NCBI RefSeq assembly: GCF_024521635.1
Contig: NW_026250449.1
Span: forward strand, 1-64,000
DNA from: Tricharina praecox
Taxonomy: Eukaryota
DNA: 64,000 nucleotides
Direction: 5' to 3'
Below the pieces are notes generated by a model, which did no database searches, was not told the origin of the DNA, and was given only the letters and a program-made list of their open reading frames with translations. The translations under genes were made by a program, and so were the position numbers. Position 1 is the first letter of the stretch. Each line of letters starts with the position of its first letter. Positions 50,857 to 61,100 of this stretch are shown in pieces.

Positions 50857-52320
50857 CTACGTGCCGCCTGTCTCCGGTTTCCGGCCGATGACGTGCCACC
50901 TGTGTCGTACGGTTAGTCTACGCGTAGTAGTTTGGTGATGCGGATGGGGGCGGGGGCGGGGGAGGATGCATACATAACCTGATAAGCGTGAACCTTCCTA
51001 CTCTCGACATCCGCCTGGGCGTTCTTGCACATGTTCATGACCGTATCCGCGCTGAGGCCCAAGAAGCGGGTCATTGGCGCCATTCCGTAGGACTCAAAGC
51101 CGGTTGCACTGTTGAGCGCACCAATGAAGCCGGCCCGTTTCATCTGCGGGTTTTTCGGCCAGCCGCCCCATGGCTGTTTAAACTGTTTTACCTGGAGACA
51201 CGGGATGTGTCAGCTCGGTGGATAGGTAGCCACGGGGGTGGCTGGTGCAAGCTTACGGTGACGTCGACGAACCCCGCCTCCTCGACCATACGCTTCAGCC
51301 CGTCGCCGGTCGGCTGCATCAAGTTCGCGATCGAGATCGCCTTGACGAAGTTCGTCATGTACGTTTCCAGCGCCGAGCCTTTGTACGAGTCGTCGTCGCA
51401 GTACGTGTGCGTGCCTATCTCGGCTAGCTCGACGTATCCGCCTCGCTTGGTATGACTGGCGCGCACCCGGTCAGCAGGGGGGGGGGGGGGGGGAGGGGGG
51501 GGGGGTGGAAGTGACGACGAACAGGTACATCTGCTCAAGATATTTCCGCCAGTCCCGGATGCTCTGCGCGACGTTGCGCGAGTGGATGAGGTCGAAGTAA
51601 TCCTGTTGGAGTTAGTCAGTCGGTTGTCGGGGGCGTGATTGGCAGCACGCTGCTGCGGTCATGTGTAGTAAATACCTTGCGGAAGGTCCACTCCCCCTCG
51701 AGATCGTCGACTTCGAACCGGACGTTGGGTACCACCCACTCGGGCTGGATGGGGCTCAGATCCACACCGACAACTTCCGCCATTGGGAAGAACTCTCCGG
51801 CATCCAGCGCCCAGATACCCGTGCCGGTGCCGCAGTCGAGGATGTGCTGGGGATTGTCGCCGATGGGCGCCACGAAGAGCGAGCCCTTGAGCAAGAGCAG
51901 CTGCAGATGGTGGTACATATCGAGACTTCACCAGCACAGATTTAGCTGTGCACTACTGACGACGGGGCGCCAACGCACTGGGGGTACCGACCGGTCTTGC
52001 TCCGTCTCGTCGTTGGGCAGCAGGTACTTGCCCTCCTGCAAGCGGTGGTAACGGCGGCCATTCTCGTAGACGTAGTCGACTATGGACGAGGTTATGCTGT
52101 GTGTGGAACTCTCGCTACGGTGCGTGTCAGTCGTCGGATTGTGCGGCTCTGGAGTTAGGTGAGAACGTACAGGGTGGAGGAGTAGTCCGAAGACGAGAAT
52201 TCCGGATCGGTGTCGACTTCCAACTAGACACCGTCAGCGCCACGGACAGCACGGGTACCTCACGTTCGCGACAGGTGGACATACCGGTAGGTGATCGGCG
52301 ACGTCTGCTGCTGCTGCCAT
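50857..52320 (-). CDS. LaeA-like SAM-dependent methyltransferase (multi-exon)
   Basis: YVYENGRRYH...YLLPNDETEQDR; ILDCGTGTGIWA; GVDLSPIQP; FEVDDLE; GGYVEL; PWGGWPK; final exon HVIGRKPE. Confidence 0.92.
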
Positions 52321-53166
52321 ATTTGAGAGAGGTGGTGGAGGTTTGGCGGATTGTAGGGTGGGGGGAGGGAGGGCTTCGGGTATCCGGCGGCTAACAAGGG
52401 ATAGAGACCGATAAGTGAGGACAGAGATGAACGGCACGGCGGCAACAGCGTACTTATATATATATCGGGGGGGGGGGTGGGGGGGGGGGGGGGGGGTAAG
52501 CGCAGCCTACCTTCCTGGGAGGGATGCGCAGGACTACGCCAATTCCGATCCACGACGGTGCCGTGTCGTGCAGCATGCAGCATTGATAGTGGTTCCCGGC
52601 TTGGCGGTCCAGATACCGGGGCAGCGCCACACACCTGCATATGACGGCGATGGGGGCGTGGAACAGACTTTTTGGAGCGTCCTCCGCGTGTCCCCGTGGT
52701 ACTCTATATACAGGCCAGCCGTTTCGGTGCGTGTCTCGACCGAATGCCTTTGTCTCCAGTCCACAGTCTTCCCAGATCGGCGTGAGCTGGAGTAAAAGCA
52801 ACTGTCTTGGTGACTGCACGTATGGGGACCAGTGCAGCAGAGAAATTCCGGCTGCAGTGCTGGTAGCGGGTGAATTTTCGCATCGGATGTTCTGCCGCGG
52901 TTTTCAGGCAGTGCCTCACACAACATCACTCGCAACGAGTGATGAAATATGCCTCGACGCCGGCGACAAGGCTCAATAACGACTAGACGGCAATTGAGTT
53001 CCTGGCATCGCATGATCTTCACACCCCCCTTTGTCTCTCTGTCTTTCCGTGTTTTTCTTCTTAATCACCACCGCCAAACGCTCCAGACACTAAGTAAACA
53101 CCACACCGAGAATGAAAAAAGCGAAAACCACCACTGCGAGTCTACGGCAATTGTCACAATCTCAAA

Positions 53167-53323
53167 GAAGGCTATTGCTTCCATTCCTACCACCTCCACC
53201 CCCACGCCCACACCCACTACCGGCAATAACGCCACCCTTGAGGCAAGCAGAAGCTCCCTCGACATCTTTGATTTCTTGGCCGAGTTGAAGACCTGCTTCA
53301 ACTCTCGAGGACGACGAAGATGA
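53167..53323 (+). pseudogene. Highly degenerate microprotein unit 11
   Basis: Upstream element at 52926 is intact; Thr/Pro-rich stretch then IFDFLAEL; no ATG at the expected position. Confidence 0.45.
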
Positions 53324-53854
53324 CGTCGCGTCAACGAGGACCAACAGGAGGACAACTGTGTAAATATATTACCATGATTTATTTGGGTCGCAAGCAATTA
53401 CTGATTAAACAAAAAACGTATGATCCGTGGGCTGTGAGCGATAAAGTGCTACATAGTGGAACGGACTGCACAGTGCACCGTGCGCATGGACGGCGCAGTG
53501 CGGCCGAAAGAAGCTTAACGTAGGTAGGCGGTTGACCCTTGCTCGGCAGTGACCACATCACTCCATACCGGTACTTCGGTACGGTCTTCCCCGCGGATCG
53601 GCGTACACTGGAGAGCGGTCGGTAGATACATCATACATCATAATTCTTTACCCAACTCAATCTTATCCTTGCCACGTGGGTGCCACACGGCGGTGACGGG
53701 ATGAACAGATACCAAGATCCTCATGCAGCACAGCGTAGTAAACGTAGGTACTGCACCCGTCGGAAATCTTTTCATCCACCCCGTTCTTCTAGACGTTCGT
53801 TCCCAGCACTGCGCAGTCTTCAGTCTCCCTACTAGATACCACGCTTCTCAGCTA

Positions 53855-54241
53855 CAGGCCTGGTAATCGTCCGTCCCGTCCGTCCGAGGCTGTGCCCCGG
53901 GCGAGACGGAATTTGTCGGGCCCGGAATGTCAAGGACTATAGGTCTCCGGGCAAGCCGGAGGACGACCGGGCCCCATTCGGGCCCGGAAACTCTGGCGCT
54001 AGTACTAGCCTTGGGCAGTGGTGTAGTGGCGCAGCAAACAGGAATGAAGCCAAGGAGTTGGCAGCACGGCGAGAATTAAGGAGTTGGCAATGGGTACTCC
54101 CGTATGCGATCTGATGCAACATTTTCACCTGCCAAAGTTTTCCAGATAGCCGGCACCGTACACTCAGTAGCCGGCTGCTTCCGCACTAACAATTTCCGGG
54201 CCCCAATAGTCTTCCGTCCGGACGGACTATTCCCAGGCTTG
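53855..54241 (+). mobile_element. hAT-like MITE family B, 387 bp
   Basis: Imperfect TIRs caggcctggtaatcgtccgtcc / ggacggactattcccaggcttg; perfect 8-bp TSD ctcagcta. Confidence 0.9.
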
Positions 54242-54743
54242 CTCAGCTATGCGGTGACCGGTGCGAACCAGCGCTACATACCAACGCCAGCGGCTCGCTA
54301 AGTGGTTCGCCAGCGAGGTGTTAACTAGGACAAACCCTATGTCGATGCTCCACCGTGCAGAAGCGAAGCAACGACTCCGAGGCGCGGCGCGGCCCTGAAT
54401 GAGGATTGGCAGATGGGGGCTAGGGCTGCGTACTAGCAGTGGGCATGGCCGTGGATAGGGACTACTACCATACGCCACGGGGCGTGCCGAAGAATTTTCG
54501 GCGAAGGAATGTTTGATTTCGTCGAGCAACGAGCACCGAGTGACGTCAATGATCGATCTCTCTCTCTCTCGCGCGCACATGCGCTGTGACAAAATAAATG
54601 CCATCTCTAAACGGAAATCGCAAGGTCACATCGAGCTGAATCCAACCGCCCGAAAGCTCCCCTTTTATTCCCTCACTCCTTGCGTAAATATGTTCCACCG
54701 AACAAAAAATGCAGACAACAACCAGTTTTCCATCCATAGCATA

Positions 54744-56050
54744 TCACATCCCCAGCCACCGCAGCCACTCGGGCTTTGCCGTTCCTACCTCCTGATACCG
54801 CAGAAAGTACACAGAGAACGACCATGCCAGAGTCAGAATCTCAAACGCCGCCCTCCAAGTTGAAAATGCTTCGTTTAATTCCCATCTCTGATATATCGTG
54901 TCCACCTTCGGCAGCGGTACGTTGTCGTACACCTTTGTAAAATCCAGCGCCGGCCTCATAAAAAGACACATACCAACTATATTCGGGCTCATGTATCTCT
55001 GGAAGCCATCAAAGTCCAGAAAAGATAGATGACTTACCGCCATCCACCCCCATGGGACCACGACCGATTTCAACGTAGGGACATCCCAGTCCCGAAAGTT
55101 TATGGCGATCCCACAGAAACACCAGGCGACCATCAAAGGAAAAGGTACTAGCGCCCCTTGCTCCAGCGGATATCGGATGGCACTTTCTACACCGATGCTG
55201 ACGGCGATAATCGCGAGCCACCAGAGAACATCCAACAAGATGCAGTCCGCAATTGTCGACACACGCCGGAGGCACTCGTGCACCTCCTCTTAGTGTATGG
55301 AGCTTGGACCGTCTTCCACAGGAACCAACACCAGCAGGCCCTGAATCGCCATCCAGGGGAAGATATACATGAACCCGCAAGCGACGAACGCTGGCGACCC
55401 CGAAACGACGCATATTTTGGCGAATATGAAGGCCACCGGGATGAACGCGAGGGCCTCGGTGCGGCGGACCTTGCAAGTGACGAACTCGTAGTCGATGTCG
55501 CCGCAGGAGCCGTCGGAGTCGGTGTAGTTTCCGCTGCGGATGAGGAGCAGGGCGCCGGCCGTTGACTGATAGGGGCGTAGGGCCCGGCGGAATCGCGAGT
55601 CGCGGCGGTGGGCCGATCTTGCTAGTTGCTGACGTCGTTTGTGTCGTCCGCTGCGCCAAGGTGGAGAGCGAACATCGCTGCTGCGGGGTGGAAGGGTTGC
55701 CAAGGGCGTAGGGAAGGTGATTCCTCGCGTCGGCAAAATATTCTCCGCGGAATCCAGACGAGGCAGCAGATGATGATCGCCAGGTCATCATCGGCGAGAT
55801 GGGCGACAGCGCCAGCAGCCAAGCTCGATTTCCCGGATACAGAACCGACCCGTGCGGCTGAGTCAAGGAATAGGACTAGAGCGCCAAGAAGGTCGAGAAC
55901 ACATTGGCCTTGGAGAGGACCGGGGGTGTGCGAGGTTCGTCGGGTTGCGGGACGGCTATTCGATTCGAGGCGGGATCGACTGGGCGTCCCATAATCACCG
56001 TTTCTTCCGTGAGGACGATCGATAGAAGAATGGCACAGCATAAGAGAGGC
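54744..56050 (-). pseudogene. Probable disrupted multi-pass membrane protein
   Basis: Several hydrophobic segments; ORFs 55290-55736 and 54744-55283 are in frame across a TAA; the upstream part lies in another frame. Confidence 0.4.
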
Positions 56051-58103
56051 CGAATGTGCTCCCGCATTGTGAATGTTGTCCGTGCAGTTGATGAGGAGAA
56101 TAAAGGGGACCCTTGGGTGCGGAGTGGGCGAGGCGAGTGAAGGTTTCCTTTACTTCACGACAATGGAAAGCAAAGGGCTGATAAAGCGGCTGAAAGCGAC
56201 TGAGCCTGAAGAAACATGGTGTAGATGAATCATGATAGTTGATTGGGTTTGCTCCCCCCTACGGAAGCACTGGAGCTGCCCCAGCCACCAAGCTAAGTCT
56301 GTATTGGCTCCCCTGACAATGACACTGCCGGCAACGATGTGTTTCCATTCAAACCGAATAGACTTGACAGACAGACAGGCATCGTCGTGTACAGTCCCAA
56401 AGAGCACAGACTTTCACTCTTCACTTTGAGGTTATGATTCTGTGGTATACTATGGTACATATTACTTTCTATTCTGTGGCTGCGGTGTTCGAGAGGTCTA
56501 CATGTGTGGTGTGGTGGTATCGTAAGGGCGAGTGGCGATAACTTTTGACCTGGTATTTTAGTATAAAAGATTATGGGACATTAGAAGGGCTCCTAAGCTA
56601 GGTGGAGAACCTTGATTGAAATCGACACACAATTCTAACTCGTTGTGGTTGAATACCTAACACCGTATGGGAAAAAAGCAGTTGGTGTTGACACTGGTTG
56701 TCACGCAATAATTTTATATGAGGGCCCCATACTTTTTTGAAACACTCGATTTTTTTTCCGCCTCGTGAAGGGTGGGTTTTGGTTACTTGAAACTGGGCAT
56801 TTTTGGTGTAAAATGGCCCCTATTCAAAAACGTTTGACCCAGGTTGTACTTTGTTGGATGGAAAAGGCAAGATGCGGTAGATAAGATAAAGAACAATGAA
56901 ATTGGGCTCTGGAACAAGATGTGCAGGCCCTGGAGAGAATAAGGCTGCGGGGTTTGGCGCCAACATCCAAGGAGTGAGCGGCCCCGACTTGCAGGCGACG
57001 GAGAACTGGAAGTCGATGAAAGCTGCAACCGAACAGCATACTGTAGTACTAGGACAGAAAGGATTGGACAGAGCCCATTTGACACCAAAAATGGACATTT
57101 CCAACCCCCGATACAACAGCCCGAACGTATCGGAAGAAAATTAGAAACCATCGAGAGATCTCCACAAATACACTTACAACAATGTGAGAGCTCGGCATTC
57201 AGTTTTGAATTGTCGGTGTTGAGAAATACCATGTCGCGGAAAAGCTAATGGTCGGCAGGTAGCTTTTTGTATGGGAGCCCCATGCAAAATGTAATGTCAC
57301 TTTCCAACTCCGGCACAATACAACTTCATAGAGCCCCAACACGTGATGAAAGCCGTCAAAGTTTTACGGATGAAGAAGCTTGTGATTCTTCATCACTGGG
57401 TTTTCCGAACAGGTGAAGGGCACGCTTAGGTTGCATGAAAATGGGCATTCGTGGTGTGAAACTGGCCCTGTCCAATTGTTTTTGTTATGGTACTATAGCC
57501 ACTTCCCGGTTGCAGATTGTTGATCCGACGCCAATTGAGTCTAGAATGGGTAGGGTTAAGCTTACCGAGAGCCGCAGGTCGACACTGTTTGTGGAGAAAA
57601 CACAATGTGGCAGGATTTATTGCACATCAGCGTACAGTGCTGGCCGCCATAGTATAGGTACCTAGACACATGAGTAGACGAATCTGCGGTTCTGCATCTG
57701 CGAGATTACGGATTTCATCCGCGACCAAACTGACTCGCATATTGTGTCTCAGCTGCACGGACAACAGACCTAGCACAGGCGTCCGAGGGGCCCCGCAGTG
57801 AAGAATTTGAGGGATGGTGCGTCTGTCAAAAGAGTCCCATTGGCGGGCTAGGTATTTGTTGTTTGCTTCCGAAGACTCGCGTCCACGCCTCCACAGGTTG
57901 CCGGTGTCGTGACAATTACAGCTTTACTGTGCTTCTAGACATCCATGTTGTGTTTCAGTATGGCTCCCATATCCGTAGCGTCGGGCAGATATAGTGATAG
58001 CGTCCGCCGCGAGCCTGATTATGCACGATATCTGTGAGCGATCCGGCCTGGCGAAGGAACCCTGAACCGCAGAACTTATTCGTCCCCCCTCACAACTAGC
58101 ACA

Positions 58104-61100
58104 ATGAGCACAATACAGCATCTCAGCGTGATCGTCACACTGGGGTTTATCGGATTGATCATGGCAATATCGGTGGTCCTGGCTTTCGTTGATGCTTCGG
58201 AATCAGCAGCTACATCGACCGCCGCAATCGCTCCACGCTCCGAGGAACAAAGGTTCCAGAGTGGTGTCGAGTTCAATAATAACCTGGCTTCCGATCTCTC
58301 GCCGTGAGTTTCGCGACGAGTCCAGATCTTTGCGCCCGTGCTAACATAAATTTTCGCGCAGACTGCTCGCGCTGTAACATCTCTCACATCCACACACTCG
58401 CGTGGTGTGTTACTACTATTTTTACTGACAAGATTGCGTGTAGCTTCGGTGAGCGGTTTGCCCAGCAGTTCATGAGCTTCTCAATCGGTTGGCTCGACAG
58501 TTTGGTTTTCTCGATGGCCCCGTTGGGTGTCATCACCGCCATCGTCGGTATTTTTGACCGCCGAAATCCCCGGGAATCGACTCGGCTCACATTTGCAAGG
58601 CGCGATTAGGCTCGGTGGTCCATCGTCCCTGCGCGGACTCATCGGCCGCGCGAGGGAAACTCGTGCAGCGGCGGAGGTCGAACTGATGTCTTCAACGTCT
58701 CACGAAGGTCGGTCGGCAAGAAAGCGATGAGTGAGGGCGAGTTCGATGACTGACACCGGGACGAATAGTCTGCGAACTATGGAACGGCGACGCTATCGTT
58801 CGCGTGATGGGATCGCCCCGAATCCAGCAGTTCTTCTTCTTCGAGAATCTTCCCGACAACTATCGCGACGGAAAGCTTACCCAGAATCCAACCGAGACCA
58901 AACTTCCAATATTCACTATGTCGGGGGCCCTAGGGAACGTCATCGTCAAGAGACCGAAGCGGAGGTCGCTGTTCAATTGGCACATCACTAAATCAAAGGC
59001 GAACGACGACGAAGCAGGGGTCACCGAGCCCACGAAAAATATAGCTCCGAATATTTCCTTGAATCTTAACGTCGAGCAGAAGGCGTGGGAGCTCTACGCA
59101 GCCGTCGTGGTTGGCATCCTGACACAGGTTGCCGTGATCGGGATCGCAACCTATACCTCCTACTCACCCGCATTACAGTTCAACAAGGCCGGCCTCATGA
59201 TCCAAAGCCACTCGTACCGTGAGTATCCAGTCTCATCGAAAATGAGCCTTCTGTGCCATTGCAGATTCCCCCAGAACGATCAAAAAAATGCTGATTCACT
59301 CTGATAGCAATGGCTTGCATTGGAACTTTGTTACTCATGACCGGAATGTTTGTAGCCGCCTCGGTTGTGCAGCAGAGTACCGACGAAGAGAAATACGAAT
59401 TGCACCCCGATCTGCCGAAGAATGTAAAGCTTTTTGTCTTCTGGTAAGCCCCAACAAGAACTACTCGCTCCATGCCACCCGCCTGGACTCCGTACTCACC
59501 AGATAACAGGATACAGAAGGGTCGAGTGATCAACGATCAGAATTTCGATTCTTACGCGATCTTCGTCAATGACGCTGTCGATGTCGTCCGCACGTCAAGG
59601 CGGCATTCGCTCGAGGATAATTCGGACAGAAATGCAATCCAACACATACAAATTTTCACTGTCTTCGGAACCGTGGCGGCGATCGCCGGGTTTGTTTTGC
59701 AGTTCATTGGTCTGCGTGGCCTGCATTGGTGAGTGCCATCGCATCCACTCTTCGCCGAAAGGCCTGGAGGCTGAAATTGATGGGTTTTTAAATTTAGGTC
59801 GGCTTCGACGGCACAACTGGCGGCAACCATTCTCATGACGGTAGTGAGAGCATTACTCCGTCGTGAAATCACCACGCGACCTGCCGCTGTAAAGCTGGAA
59901 AAAGGCTTCGAGTTGGAGTGGCTCGCAACAAAGCTGTCTGAGCACGAGGGTAGCTTCAAGAAGCACTTTTGCGACCATCATATTGCGAAAGACTTCAGGG
60001 ACGGCTCCTGGTGTCAATCCAAACAGAAGGTCGCAGATCACAGCACGCCGACCGGCCACCTGTCCGAGCCCCCTGGGGATCGCGTAGTACCGGACGCCCA
60101 GGAAGAGACCTCCGATACGATGCAATCGAACCCCGAGGGAACCGCTCTGGCCATCATCCCACGGCACGGCATCCTAGTGCCACCCGCAGTACCACCGGAA
60201 CCGGCGCCAGTCGCACCCGCTGCACCGCCCTTCGTATCCGCGGCAACAAAATTGGTCGCACTCCGGAAGCATGTCGGCCAACTTAGCAAATGGCCCGGGC
60301 CGGCACCCGAGAAGGCGGTCGCTGTGGCCGATGCGATCGAATTCGTTCTGAGCACGCTTTTCCCATCGAGTCCATCGCATAAGTTTACCTGGGATCTGGA
60401 CGTGCCGGTTGGACGTCACCGTGGAGAAGCAGTTGGTGGACCGGACCCTCCCGAAAACGAGCCCTTATCGCCCGGTAACAATCGCATTCGCCTCACCGCC
60501 GATGCGGTTGAAAACAACAAAAACACGGTTTGGAAAGTCAATGCCGACCATATCGAGGCGTTGCTGTCGCTCTGGTTGCGCCATGCTCACAATTCGAACG
60601 AAGGACCGCAAGAGCCTGATACGGACCCCAGCAAGTCAGATAAGGAGACGGACTGGCTTCGGAATAAACCGCGAAAACAGAGCATGTTACTTTTGGGTGC
60701 TGACACACTCCCTCTTCGGAGAGATCTGAAGTGGTGGGTACCAGGTGGTGCTCCGGAACTCCTGGAAGTGCGCAGAAACACGGAAGTGGCGACCCCGGAC
60801 GCACAATCCCCGCGAACGGACGGAAATCCGGGTACCACGGCCCCTGACGTAGAACCTAATAGCTACCGGATCGATAGCCATAGGATCACAGGGTTCTCGG
60901 GCTTACCGCAGCCCAGTCAGGATAGCGACAGCTGCAAGGACGGTCCGAAAACGATCGACTTCGAATGCCGGGCAGTTTCCCTTGACGATCTGTGGTGTAC
61001 TTCAGCTCAGAATTCCAATGCGGCTAGTACTGCGGCCTCACTAGGGATCGTGACGACAGCCGGGAAAGAGCTGTTGTACGCGCAACACATCTTTACTGTC

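Larger units (their letters stand above)
37130..53330 (+). repeat. Diverged tandem array of about 11 units (upstream element, CT leader, acidic microprotein ORF, conserved 3' block), interrupted by insertions
   Basis: Same ordered motifs recur; upstream palindromes at 37285, 39456, 40544, 41561, 42917, 47277, 48417, 49484 and 52926. Confidence 0.9.

Noticed and set aside
24461..54241. Autonomous transposase or Starship captain recombinase
   Set aside because: No DDE transposase, tyrosine recombinase or reverse transcriptase ORF was recognised in the window.
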